A stretch of 64,000 nt of DNA from Candidatus Latescibacterota bacterium (GTDB taxonomy: Bacteria; Krumholzibacteriota; Krumholzibacteriia; WVZY01), in NCBI GenBank assembly GCA_963791045.1, contig CAWBQK010000009.1:234493-298492 (forward strand), in the 5' to 3' direction. The position numbers and the translations under genes were made by a program. Shown in pieces: positions 23,197 through 32,506 of the stretch; the first letter of the stretch is position 1, and each line of letters opens with the position of its first letter. The notes beneath the pieces are model-generated. The model saw only the letters and a list, made by a program, of their open reading frames with translations. It was not told where the DNA came from and did no database searches.

Positions 23197-23472
23197 TTAC
23201 AAGTTAACCGCAAAACCGACGAGAAAGGTGAACTGGCGGTAGTCGGCCTGCACCTCATCACCCCCCCCAATCACCGCGCCTTCGTCACCCGGATTTAAAT
23301 CTATCTCCTGGACAAACGTCTGGCTGCCCCACCCATACCGAAGCCCCAGCATGATCTCGGTTCGCTTGAGCGCAAAATTCGCTCCCCCCGCCGCATGATA
23401 GTCTCCCGCGCCCATGGAAGCTCGTTTGGGAAATTCACCCGCCATTTCGGGCATCCTATCATGAAACAGCAC
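23197..23472 (-). pseudogene. Short C-terminal fragment resembling an outer-membrane beta-barrel protein
   Basis: Amphipathic strands EIMLGLRYGWG and terminal FTFLVGFAVNL; no signal peptide and no room for an N-terminal part. Confidence 0.4.
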
Positions 23473-23650
23473 CCGCTTTCAACTTCTCCCTGACACACGA
23501 AATCCTCATAACTTATCTATTTTTAGAGCGGTTACATCGATACTGCCAATATTTTGTCCCACCCGGTAGTACTCAAAACGCCCAAATAGTGGTATGGTGG
23601 TAGAACGCCCCCAGATTAAATTGGGGCAACTCGAGCGTTGGGAGAGAATT

Positions 23651-25591
23651 ATGTCGAAATCAGATTCAATTAAAGATGAGAAAGCCCGGGCCAAACCGCG
23701 CAAAGAGCCCGGACAACGGTCCACACGGATCGCTGAAGACGTCATAGCCGACGTTCTCTCGGGGGTAAAACCCCGGTTCGTCGTCGACCCGGACAAGTAT
23801 TTGCAGATGCTCTGGGACGCCAATCCACAAATTTATGAGATTCTCAAGGCAGCCGGATCCATCGAAGACGCACGCGACAAAGTATTTACATATCTCGATC
23901 ATACCGAACGGGCCGTTTTCTCGCTGGAAGACCCCTACCACGAGCTCGAGAAAGCGATCGTCCGGGACTGCATCCGGGTGTTCAAGAGCGTCATCGGACC
24001 CATCAACGAAAAACGGACAGAATTCAGCGCGCTGAACTGTCTCTGGAGGCTGGCCAGGGGGGACGCCCAGAATGCACAGTGTGAGATTTCACTCGGTTTC
24101 TTGATGGAATTCATCAATCTGTTCCGCGGTGTCGCGGGGAACAGCAACGTTTACCTTGAGCAGGAAGAGGTGCGGAAGGGCATTCCCGATTTTCTCCGGC
24201 TCGACGGCCGGGAGGCGGCCCTCTCGCGGTCCGAGACGCTCGACGAGATGGGCGGCACGGTCCGTAAGTATTTCAAACGATACCCATCGGGTCTCGACAA
24301 AGAGGTCATGGCCTGGCGCCAGCGCAACCGCGAACGGATTCTCAAGTATTTCGACGCATCCGATGACGACTGGAACGACTATCGTTGGCATCTCAAGCAT
24401 GTCATCCGAACCGCCGACGTTGTTTTCGATCTGATCCAACTGTCGAGAGTGCGGCGCGACGCGGTGAGAAAAGCGCTCGAGACACGTCTTCCCTTCGGAA
24501 TCACACCATACTATCTCAGTCTCATGGACAGGAACCCGGCGGTAGGGTACGACCATGCCGTCCGCGCCCAGGTTCTCCCACCACCCAACTATGTCGAGCA
24601 GGTGTCGATGTTCAAAGAGGATCGGAGCATGCACCTCGACTTTATGGGCGAGCACGATACGTCTCCCATCGACCTGGTCACACGACGCTACCCGCTCATC
24701 TGTATCCTTAAACCCTTCAACACCTGCTCGCAGATATGCGTGTACTGCCAGCGGAACTGGGAACTCGACGAGGTCCTCTCCCCCGATGCACAAGCCGGGT
24801 GGGAAGAAATTGAGAAAGCAATAGAGTGGATCGCCGGACAAAAAGCAATTGGTGACGTACTGGTGACGGGGGGCGATCCCGGTATAATGAACAACACCAT
24901 GGTCGAAAAGATCCTCGAGCGGCTCTCCGCAATCGATCACGTGTACCGTATCCGTTTCGGGACTCGGACACCGGTGGTGCTGCCAATGCGGTTCGACGAC
25001 GAGTTCTGCGACCTGCTCGCCCGATACCACGAACCGGGCAGACGAGAGATTGCCCTCATTACACATTTCGAACACAGTTATGAAATCACACCCGAGGCCC
25101 GCGATGCAGTCCAACGCATTCGCCGCCGCACGATCGGTGTTTACAACCAGTGCGTATTCACGGTCGAGAACTCGCGGCGTTTCGAGCTCGCCAAGCTGCG
25201 CCGCGACCTCCGCCGGATCGGCGTCGACCCGTATTACACCTTCAATATGAAGGGAAAGAGGGAGACCGGCGACTACATGGTGCCGATCGCCCGGCTCCTC
25301 CAGGAACGCAAGGAAGAGGCACGGCTTTTACCCGGTCTCGACCGCACCGATGAACCGGTATTCAATGTGCCGCGAATGGGCAAGAACCACCTGCGTGCGA
25401 TGCAGGATCACCGGATCGTTATGATTCTCGCGGACGGCTCCCGAGTGTACGAGTTCCATCCGTGGGAGAAGAACATCACACCAATGCCACCGTACAACTA
25501 CGTCGATGTTCCAATATACGAGTACCTCGAAGAGCTCGCTGCCCGCGGAGAGAAGATCCGCGATTACCGGACGATCTGGTACTACTACTAA
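23651..25591 (+). CDS. KamA-family (lysine 2,3-aminomutase-like) radical SAM protein with long N-terminal extension
   Basis: WNDYRWHL, ITPYYLSL, VTRRYP, CSQICVYCQR (CxxxCxxC), VTGGDP, IRFGTRTPVVLPMR, PYYTF. Confidence 0.88.
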   Translation: MSKSDSIKDEKARAKPRKEPGQRSTRIAEDVIADVLSGVKPRFVVDPDKYLQMLWDANPQIYEILKAAGSIEDARDKVFTYLDHTERAVFSLEDPYHELEKAIVRDCIRVFKSVIGPINEKRTEFSALNCLWRLARGDAQNAQCEISLGFLMEFINLFRGVAGNSNVYLEQEEVRKGIPDFLRLDGREAALSRSETLDEMGGTVRKYFKRYPSGLDKEVMAWRQRNRERILKYFDASDDDWNDYRWHLKHVIRTADVVFDLIQLSRVRRDAVRKALETRLPFGITPYYLSLMDRNPAVGYDHAVRAQVLPPPNYVEQVSMFKEDRSMHLDFMGEHDTSPIDLVTRRYPLICILKPFNTCSQICVYCQRNWELDEVLSPDAQAGWEEIEKAIEWIAGQKAIGDVLVTGGDPGIMNNTMVEKILERLSAIDHVYRIRFGTRTPVVLPMRFDDEFCDLLARYHEPGRREIALITHFEHSYEITPEARDAVQRIRRRTIGVYNQCVFTVENSRRFELAKLRRDLRRIGVDPYYTFNMKGKRETGDYMVPIARLLQERKEEARLLPGLDRTDEPVFNVPRMGKNHLRAMQDHRIVMILADGSRVYEFHPWEKNITPMPPYNYVDVPIYEYLEELAARGEKIRDYRTIWYYY

Positions 25592-25614
25592 AAAATTCCG
25601 TTCCGCACAGAATT

Positions 25615-25655
25615 AAAAAACCGAAGGGCCGTGTCTCGCGACACGGCCCATTCGG
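25615..25655 (-). terminator. Intrinsic terminator after the 25764..26816 gene
   Basis: Minus strand CCGAATGGGCCGTGTC-GCGA-GACACGGCCCTTCGG followed by T6. Confidence 0.75.
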
Positions 25656-25763
25656 CTCCAGTGAGGACATTCACAAAGTTGTGCCGCCGAAGAAGGTCAG
25701 GCTCTATCAATAGGCGGCCCTTTTCACTGTGATGCGACCCCACGGATATGTCGTTCCCGGCAA

Positions 25764-26816
25764 TCAGCCGTTGCCCTGACCGCCATCGCCGGTACCTCCA
25801 CCCTTGCCTTTGTCATGATCTCCATTGCCCTGTCCGCCCGGTCCTCCGCCCGTCCCATTATCCATCGGGTTGTGGCCGCCGCGTCCGTCATGCTGGTCGG
25901 CGGGACCCATCCAGCCGTGCTGCCACATATTCTGCATCATCTCTCCCAGTTGTTGCTGGTTGCGGATGCCACGCTCGAGTTCGTCGCATACGTCGTCGTT
26001 CTGGCCGCCGTGCATGTGCGCCGTCATTACCATCCAGCCGAGCTGGCGCATCTCGCGAGAGGTATAGCCGTTCTGGAGCGCGTCGCCGGAGAGGTTGACG
26101 GCCCGTTTGCGCTCGACACCCATCTCTTTGAGTTTAGCGGCGGTTTCGGATGCCGCGACCAGGTCTTCTGTCGTACACGATCCGTCGCGGAGACGGCGTC
26201 TCGCACGTTCACGCAGCTGATCTATATCGCCCTCTTCGAGACCGTGCCACATGTGCATCGCCATTTCGCCTGTCCGCCGGCGTTCGACGTCCGCGTCACC
26301 GGGAACCACACCGTCTTCCCTCGCCCGTTCCATCACCCGGTTGGCGGTGCGAACATGAGCCTCCATCTTGTCACAAACCTGGTTCAACACTTCTTCGTTT
26401 GCACCCTTGCGCCGGCCTTCCCGGAGCTTTTGCATAAGCGGGTCGACGGGCAGCCCATCATGCGCCATCGCAAGCACCCGTTCTTGCGTGCGGATCTGTT
26501 TCTTCAAAGGCTGCGATTCGTCGAAGAGCGCGGCGACATCCTCGTCACTCAGGCCAAGATCGCCGCAATCGCCCAGATGTTTGCGCAGCTGTTCGCGCTC
26601 CTGGGTCTGGAGTCCGTCTTCGTTCTGGATGCGATCGCGAATCTGCTGACGAAGCATATCGCCCTGCGGATCCGAGTCCATATCCCGCACCTGTTCGCGC
26701 GTCCGCGTCTGCGCCGGATCGTCGTCCTGCGCAAAGGCAGTGGCTACCGTCATCCCGGTGAGCATGAGTGTCACCAGAACAACCATCGCTGCCACGGACA
26801 AACATTTCCCTGTCAT
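25764..26816 (-). CDS. Secreted alpha-helical hypothetical protein with Gly/His/Met-rich tail
   Basis: Signal peptide (AFA-QDD), charged helical body, G-rich C-terminus; RBS GGAGG. Confidence 0.75.
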   Translation of the reverse strand: MTGKCLSVAAMVVLVTLMLTGMTVATAFAQDDDPAQTRTREQVRDMDSDPQGDMLRQQIRDRIQNEDGLQTQEREQLRKHLGDCGDLGLSDEDVAALFDESQPLKKQIRTQERVLAMAHDGLPVDPLMQKLREGRRKGANEEVLNQVCDKMEAHVRTANRVMERAREDGVVPGDADVERRRTGEMAMHMWHGLEEGDIDQLRERARRRLRDGSCTTEDLVAASETAAKLKEMGVERKRAVNLSGDALQNGYTSREMRQLGWMVMTAHMHGGQNDDVCDELERGIRNQQQLGEMMQNMWQHGWMGPADQHDGRGGHNPMDNGTGGGPGGQGNGDHDKGKGGGTGDGGQGNG

Positions 26817-26882
26817 GATGTAATCCTCCGTTGGTATGGGCCTGTGGTGGCCTGACGCACAGGCTCTCTCCTCACCTTTTTA

Positions 26883-26908
26883 GACGACCGAAGGGGGTGA
26901 GGGTTACA
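26883..26908 (-). promoter_or_regulatory. ECF-type promoter copy 2
   Basis: TGTAAC-CCTCACCCCCTTCGGT(16)-CGTC; same motif as upstream of the ECF sigma gene. Confidence 0.7.
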
Positions 26909-28208
26909 GTCCGGGGGGCAAAACCTCAAGAATTCCGTTCCGCCCACCAAATCCATCATTTACAATGAGTTTCGCCTCTGGAGGCGTGGTCCATTCGCCG
27001 TCAATAATGTAGATATATTCGTATGTTCCCGGCGAGATTACGAGCCGCGCCTCCCACCAACCATCTGCGGCTCTCGAGAGCGCCGTTCCCGTGGAATTCC
27101 ACTGGTTGAAGCTCCCCGCGACCGACACCGATTTCGCTCCTGGGGCCTTTATCCGGAAAACAACTCGATCATCAGGACCGGGCTGCTGAACCGAACCGGC
27201 GCTGTCCCGGGTCAGTGTCGCGATGTCCACTCGCGGCGGCGGCGCCGTTTTTGGGCGCCCCCACGCATACTGAAATCCTATGGCCATGCGATGGGTGTCC
27301 TCGTCGCTCCCATCCGTCCACGTATAGTTCGAGAACCCGTAGCGAACCAGGGCCGTCCACCCAGGGAGCATGTTGTATCGGAGTCCGATGCCCGCCGAGA
27401 GGTAGTCATCTCGGTTCTCTCCCGTTGGCTGGTTGACAAACTCCCGTTCCTGGTATGTGCCTGAAACCGTCAAGAAAAGTGTCGAAACGATGCGCGTGTC
27501 GATGCTTCCCCCGAGTGTCCAGGAGTTCGAATTCGAATATGGATCGTTGGCCTCGGTACCCTGGAGAATACCATCCAATCGAACGCCCACCCGTTCGATC
27601 GGCGCCGTCCGTATAATGAGTCCGCCACTCCACCCAACCTCTTCGTACGACCCGGTCGTGTTGTGAGTAGTGGTGACTTCGAGGTTCGGGTAACTCCTGC
27701 CGCGAACACCACCCCACAGTTCGGTGTTCCATTTTCGTCTGACCAGTCCGATGCCGAGTTCTCCACCGAGCCCAAGCCGGCGGATGGCGCTCCGCTCCGA
27801 GTCGTCGAAGTAGTCAAAGGAAGCAGAAAAGCGGCCTCGGAAACCCTTTCCAAAATTCTGGAGGAGATTTCCCCATACCGTTTGACCGTACAAAAAGCGG
27901 GATTCACTGTTGAAGTAGCGTTGGAGCGAGACAAATGTTCCGAAGTCGAGCAGCCCGCCGTTGCCGACAAATCCGCGGGCGGCGATGGCCGGCGTCAGTT
28001 CAATAAACGCTCCACCGGGAACGATCGTCCGTGTTAACCCGGGATCGATCACCAGATCCGACTCGTCGCCGCCGGTGAAGCGCACCTCGGGGTTCACCCG
28101 CCACTGCGACACCGCCGGCGTAACCGCCGCACACACGAAAACCGCTCCCACAAACAACAAGAGAGCGATTTTCAAAAGGTTGACTCGGACGGTCAAAATA
28201 TTGACCAA
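26904..28208 (-). CDS. Outer-membrane beta-barrel-like protein with C-terminal glycogen-binding (CBM48/AMPK-beta-like) domain
   Basis: Signal peptide, alternating beta-strand pattern; C-terminal VSVAGSFNQW...PGTYEYIYIIDGEW...DGFGGRNGILEV. Start (TTG) uncertain. Confidence 0.75.
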   Translation of the reverse strand: MVNILTVRVNLLKIALLLFVGAVFVCAAVTPAVSQWRVNPEVRFTGGDESDLVIDPGLTRTIVPGGAFIELTPAIAARGFVGNGGLLDFGTFVSLQRYFNSESRFLYGQTVWGNLLQNFGKGFRGRFSASFDYFDDSERSAIRRLGLGGELGIGLVRRKWNTELWGGVRGRSYPNLEVTTTHNTTGSYEEVGWSGGLIIRTAPIERVGVRLDGILQGTEANDPYSNSNSWTLGGSIDTRIVSTLFLTVSGTYQEREFVNQPTGENRDDYLSAGIGLRYNMLPGWTALVRYGFSNYTWTDGSDEDTHRMAIGFQYAWGRPKTAPPPRVDIATLTRDSAGSVQQPGPDDRVVFRIKAPGAKSVSVAGSFNQWNSTGTALSRAADGWWEARLVISPGTYEYIYIIDGEWTTPPEAKLIVNDGFGGRNGILEVLPPGL

Positions 28209-28209
28209 C

Positions 28210-28920
28210 TCACAGCTCCACATCAATAACGGCGTTCGTACCGCCAAACCCATCGTCACGTGTTTGAACGGCAAGCGGGTCGGTGACCCAGCGCTCACCG
28301 TCCTCGATAAACATGTACTCGTAACTTCCCGGCGGGAGAACGAGGATCGTACTCCACGCGCCGCCCTGCTTCACCAGCGGTGTGACGTCCGGATTCCAGT
28401 TGTTAAAATTCCCCACCACCGTCACCCGCTTCACATCGGAAGATGACGAAACGTAGGCAAACCGGACATATTGATAACCGTCATCCGACGCGCCCGCCTG
28501 GCTTACGAATGTCGGTGACGCGTCTTCCATGACAACTTCCATCGACTGAGATGCGTCCTCCTGTGTGAGCGGCCCGATGTCGCGGTTGATTCCCGCCCAC
28601 CATCCTCCGACGTAGGCAACAATGGCGACGGCGGCGGCCGCGGCGAGTCCGATCCATCGTGTATTTCGGTCAGCTCGTTTTTGGCGGATGATTACCGGGC
28701 GTTCATCGTCGGCGGCGACACTCTTCATCACCCGTTCGGTGAAGCCTTTCGGCGCGCCAGGTGTTGGAAGGGTCTTGCCGAGCACGAGCAGTTGTTCGTA
28801 TGCGCGGAGGTCCTTCGCCAGTGCGGGATCTTCCCCGACCCTGTCGAGAAACTCGCGTGCTTCGCGCTCATCGAGGTCACCATCAAAATAACGTGCCAGC
28901 AGGGCGTCCATCGTTCTCAC
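28210..28920 (-). CDS. Anti-sigma factor with TM helix and extracytoplasmic CBM48-like domain
   Basis: N-terminal LLARYFDGDL (ASD-like), TM WIGLAAAAAVAIVAYVGGWW, then VTVVGNFNNW...PGSYEYMFIEDGERWVTDP...DDGFGGTNAVI. Confidence 0.8.
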   Translation of the reverse strand: MRTMDALLARYFDGDLDEREAREFLDRVGEDPALAKDLRAYEQLLVLGKTLPTPGAPKGFTERVMKSVAADDERPVIIRQKRADRNTRWIGLAAAAAVAIVAYVGGWWAGINRDIGPLTQEDASQSMEVVMEDASPTFVSQAGASDDGYQYVRFAYVSSSSDVKRVTVVGNFNNWNPDVTPLVKQGGAWSTILVLPPGSYEYMFIEDGERWVTDPLAVQTRDDGFGGTNAVIDVEL

Positions 28921-28926
28921 CTTTCC

Positions 28927-29559
28927 TCATTCCACGATGTCTTCGGGTGTCATCCGCGTTGCATCGGGAAAAAGCTTATCTTTTAAAATAGCGCGGGCGC
29001 GGTGCGCCCTCACTTTGAGCGAACCAACCGTGTCGCCGGTAATCTTACTGATTTCGTCGTATGGAATATTCTGTATATGGTGAAGGACGAACACTTCGCG
29101 GTACCCGGGGGGGAGTTCCTGGAGCGCGGTTTCGAGTTGCTTTCGCATCTCGCGCTCGCTGATCTCGGCAAGGGGATCGTACTGCGGACGCCTGTCCTCG
29201 AGTACCGCCGTATCCGTGTCCTGTTCCAGCAACGCGTCTAGCGACACCACATTGGACCGCTTGCGCGCCCGGATGTGATCCCGGGCGAGATTGACGGCGA
29301 TCTGGATGAGCCAGGTACCAAATTGCGACTGGCCCCTGAAGCCGTCGAGCCCCCGGTAGGCGCGGACAAACGCCTCGTGCGCGAGTTCTTCGGCGACCTG
29401 GCCATCAGCCATCAGCCGAAGAAGAACGCCGTACACACGATCCTTGTGACGGTTGACCAGGGTCGCAAATGCTTCCCTGTCACCGGCTTGAACTGCCTTG
29501 ACTGTTGTCTGGTCGTTATTGGTCATAATCCGATCGCCATCTTGAAAGATAGGGTCCAT
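28927..29559 (-). CDS. ECF RNA polymerase sigma-70 factor
   Basis: GDREAFATLVNRH, AEELAHEAFVRAY, FGTWLIQIAVN, region 4 LPPGYREVFVL...GSLKVRAHRAR. Start at 29559 or 29526. Confidence 0.92.
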   Translation of the reverse strand: MDPIFQDGDRIMTNNDQTTVKAVQAGDREAFATLVNRHKDRVYGVLLRLMADGQVAEELAHEAFVRAYRGLDGFRGQSQFGTWLIQIAVNLARDHIRARKRSNVVSLDALLEQDTDTAVLEDRRPQYDPLAEISEREMRKQLETALQELPPGYREVFVLHHIQNIPYDEISKITGDTVGSLKVRAHRARAILKDKLFPDATRMTPEDIVE

Positions 29560-29566
29560 CAGGTTG

Positions 29567-29592
29567 GACGACCAGAAGCATACAGGGTTACA
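29567..29592 (-). promoter_or_regulatory. ECF-type autoregulatory promoter copy 1
   Basis: TGTAAC-CCTGTATGCTTCTGGT(16)-CGTC; the -35 element overlaps the cysE stop codon. Confidence 0.7.
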
Positions 29593-30328
29593 ACACTTTT
29601 TCTCGACTATTTTCTGGTGCGTCCGGTTGGGGGCCGCCCGACGCCGAACCGTTCTTGACCTGGAACTCGAGCTGCTCGACTTTGTCGAGAAGCACCTCGA
29701 GCACACGGACATCGTGATCGCCTTTACTCTCGCTGAGATTGACGTCCATTTTACGCGGCGCGCCATCGCGCTTGCGGTCGAGGACACGGCCGACAAGTCC
29801 AACCACGGTGGCGCCGGCAGGAACGTCCTTCACGACAATCGCGCCCGCGCCGATGCGCGCATCATCGTCAACGGTGACCGCACCGAGCACTTTGGCGCCG
29901 GCACCGACCACGACGCCATTGCCAAGCGTCGGATGCCGCTTCTTTTTCTCGAGACTCGTTCCCCCCAATGTGACCGCCTGGTACAACGTAACATCGTTGC
30001 CGATCTCCGTGGTCTCGCCAATAACCACACCCATGCCATGATCGATAAAGAAACGTCTGCCGATCGTGGCGCCCGGGTGGATCTCGATCCCGGTGAGCGC
30101 GCGATTGACATGGCTCAGCAGCCGGGCAAGGAGCCGTATGTTCGACGTCCACAATCGGTGCGCGATCCGGTGCATGACGATCGCGTGGAGGCCCGGATAG
30201 CAGAGAATGACTTCGAGAACGCTTCGCGCCGCGGGATCCCGCCGGAAAATCGTCCGTATGTCTTCCGCGATTCTCGCGAACGGACCGGAGCGCCCGGCGG
30301 TCTGTGTGGTGTCGTGTACGTGTTCCAT
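29588..30328 (-). CDS. cysE: Serine O-acetyltransferase
   Basis: [48 protein letters not shown]. Confidence 0.96.
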   Translation of the reverse strand: MEHVHDTTQTAGRSGPFARIAEDIRTIFRRDPAARSVLEVILCYPGLHAIVMHRIAHRLWTSNIRLLARLLSHVNRALTGIEIHPGATIGRRFFIDHGMGVVIGETTEIGNDVTLYQAVTLGGTSLEKKKRHPTLGNGVVVGAGAKVLGAVTVDDDARIGAGAIVVKDVPAGATVVGLVGRVLDRKRDGAPRKMDVNLSESKGDHDVRVLEVLLDKVEQLEFQVKNGSASGGPQPDAPENSREKVL

Positions 30329-30345
30329 TGTAGTCTCCTCTGACC

Positions 30346-31308
30346 CTATGATGTTTGTGCGGCGGTTTTCTGGTCTTCTTCGAACTGAAAAAGCGGTGTC
30401 GACAGATACCGCTCACCGGTGTCGCAGAGTATGGTCACAATTAGCTTGCCCGCGTTTTCGGGGCGCTTCGCCACCTCGACGGCGGCGTGAACATTGGCTC
30501 CCGCCGAAATGCCCGCGAGGATTCCCTCGGAGCGTGCGAGCTCGCGCGCCATTGCGAACGCTTGTTCGTTGGTAACCTGCACTATTTCATTAATGATTTC
30601 AGTGTTGAGCACGCCGGGGATAAATCCCGCTCCGATCCCCTGGATCTTGTGCGGTCCGGGCGCGCCACCCGAGATGACCGGTGAATCGACTGGTTCTACG
30701 GCGATGGCCTGAAACGCTGGGTTGCGCTCGCGGATAACTTCGGTCACTCCGGTAATGGTCCCGCCGGTGCCGACTCCAGCGACGAAAATATCGACCTTGC
30801 CGTCGGTGTCTATCCAGATTTCCTCGGCCGTCGTGCGTCTGTGTACTTCGGGGTTCGCCGGATTCTCGAACTGCTGGAGGATCACGGCGCCGGGGGTTCG
30901 TTCGGCGATAACGCCGGCTTCGGCGATGGCGCCCTTCATCCCATCAGCCCCGGGTGTGAGGATCAACTCGGCGCCAAGCGCGCGCAGCATGTTGCGCCGT
31001 TCGACACTCATGGTGTCGGGCATCGTGAGAATCAACCGGTAACCCTTGGCGGCGGCGACAAACGCGAGCGCGATTCCCGTGTTGCCGCTGGTCGGTTCGA
31101 CGAGCACCGTCTCGCCGGGACGGATGCGGCCGTCGCGCTCGGCGGTCTCGACCATGCTGACGCCGATCCGGTCCTTAACGCTCGAAAGAGGGTTGCAGAA
31201 TTCGGCCTTCCCGAGGACACGACCGCCGCCCTTTGGCGAGAGACGCCCCAGTTCGATAAGCGGCGTTCGCCCGATAGCCTGTGTGATGTCAGAGAAAATC
31301 CGTCCCAT
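30346..31308 (-). CDS. cysK: Cysteine synthase A
   Basis: [17 protein letters not shown] (PLP Lys), [45 protein letters not shown]. Confidence 0.97.
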   Translation of the reverse strand: MGRIFSDITQAIGRTPLIELGRLSPKGGGRVLGKAEFCNPLSSVKDRIGVSMVETAERDGRIRPGETVLVEPTSGNTGIALAFVAAAKGYRLILTMPDTMSVERRNMLRALGAELILTPGADGMKGAIAEAGVIAERTPGAVILQQFENPANPEVHRRTTAEEIWIDTDGKVDIFVAGVGTGGTITGVTEVIRERNPAFQAIAVEPVDSPVISGGAPGPHKIQGIGAGFIPGVLNTEIINEIVQVTNEQAFAMARELARSEGILAGISAGANVHAAVEVAKRPENAGKLIVTILCDTGERYLSTPLFQFEEDQKTAAQTS

Positions 31309-31349
31309 TTTGTTGATTCCTTTCGAGTGTCGTTCGACGAGTCTGTGGC

Positions 31350-31379
31350 AAAAAAAAACCCGCGGCAAGGCCGCGGGTT
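31350..31379 (-). terminator. Attenuator intrinsic terminator in cysK leader
   Basis: Minus strand AACCCGCGGC-CTT-GCCGCGGGTT with a run of 9 T, about 40 nt upstream of the cysK ATG. Confidence 0.9.
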
Positions 31380-31408
31380 GGTATTCGTTCGAATGATATT
31401 AAAGTACT

Positions 31409-31492
31409 CTATTCGATAATAAATACACCCCGGCCCATGGCGCTTCTACAAGCGCAACAACAGCAGCAGAATTCTTGGGTTCGGGACGTCAA
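31409..31492 (-). CDS. Poly-cysteine leader peptide MTSRTQEFCCCCCACRSAMGRGVFIIE (27 aa)
   Basis: TTG start 7 nt after AAAAGG; codons TGC TGC TGT TGT TGC GCT TGT; TAG stop; lies between promoter and terminator ahead of cysK. Confidence 0.82.
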   Translation of the reverse strand: MTSRTQEFCCCCCACRSAMGRGVFIIE

Positions 31493-31523
31493 ATTATCGC
31501 CTTTTTCGATAGATGTTTGATTA

Positions 31524-31552
31524 AGTATATAGGTATCGGAAGGCATTGTCAA
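31524..31552 (-). promoter_or_regulatory. Sigma70 promoter of leader-cysK-cysE
   Basis: TTGACA-17 nt-TATACT on the minus strand. Confidence 0.85.
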
Positions 31553-31586
31553 GCCGCCTGGGGCGATTTGCCATGTGAATCGGTTA

Positions 31587-32489
31587 TCAAGCGTTCGTCG
31601 GCAGCGGCTTCTGACGGCGCCGCTCGTGGAACACACCCATCACACCCAGAACGATGAGCACCGATCCGCCGATCGTCCACCGCGTGATCGGTTCGTCGAG
31701 GAGCACGCGGCCAAGCAACACCGCGACGACAGGATTCACATAGGCGTACGTCATCACGATGTTGGTGGGCAGGAGACGGAGCGCTTTTACAAATGATGTG
31801 AAAGCAAAAACCGACCCAAAGATGACGAGATACCCCCACGCAACCCATGCTTCCGGAATCGGTGTCGGTGCCGGTTCGTTTACAAGGAGCGCCACCGTAA
31901 ATAGTCCGATCCCCCCGAACATATGCTGATATCCTGAACTCACTTCGGGTCCGAGCGAGAGCGCCTTTCGTTTCTGGAAAATCGCGCCCATCCCCCAAAA
32001 AACCACGGCGGCGATTATCGCAATGGCGGCAAAAATATCCAGGATGTTGCCGGCAAGAATCACGGGGCCGTTCAACACGCCGACACCGACAAGACCGACA
32101 AGGAGTGCGCCGAGGAGACGAAGCGACGGAGGTCGCCTGTCGACAATCGCTTCCATAATGGTCACCCAGATGGGAAGCGCACCGACGAGAAGCGCCGCGT
32201 AGCCCGAATCCGCCCGTCGTTCCGCCCACGACACCAGACCGTTCCCTCCCACCCACAGAAGAACCCCCGATACGGCGAGCACGCCGAGTTCACGCTTGCC
32301 AACCTTGAGGTTTTCTTTGGAGAGTTTCGCCCATGCAAAAAGAATGATGCACGCGGCAAAGACACGCATCCCCGCCATCGTAAACGCGGGAAACCCGGAG
32401 CCGTCGCGTACCGCGACACGAATCGCGAGGTACGTGCTTCCCCACACGATGTAGACAACGATGAGATGAAATATTCCACGGAGGTTCAC
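31587..32489 (-). CDS. EamA/DMT family transporter
   Basis: VYIVWGSTYLAIR, 10 TM helices, YAYVNPVVAVLLG (YedA-like). Confidence 0.9.
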   Translation of the reverse strand: MNLRGIFHLIVVYIVWGSTYLAIRVAVRDGSGFPAFTMAGMRVFAACIILFAWAKLSKENLKVGKRELGVLAVSGVLLWVGGNGLVSWAERRADSGYAALLVGALPIWVTIMEAIVDRRPPSLRLLGALLVGLVGVGVLNGPVILAGNILDIFAAIAIIAAVVFWGMGAIFQKRKALSLGPEVSSGYQHMFGGIGLFTVALLVNEPAPTPIPEAWVAWGYLVIFGSVFAFTSFVKALRLLPTNIVMTYAYVNPVVAVLLGRVLLDEPITRWTIGGSVLIVLGVMGVFHERRRQKPLPTNA

Positions 32490-32506
32490 GCGGTGGAGCC
32501 TAGTCG

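Noticed and set aside
23510-23536. TGTAAC on the minus strand as another ECF promoter
   Set aside because: No CGT-like -10 element at 16-nt spacing.
31409-31636. 75-aa ORF as listed in the track
   Set aside because: Its 5' part spans the promoter and the EamA gene end. Only the TTG-started 27-aa portion downstream of the promoter is plausible.
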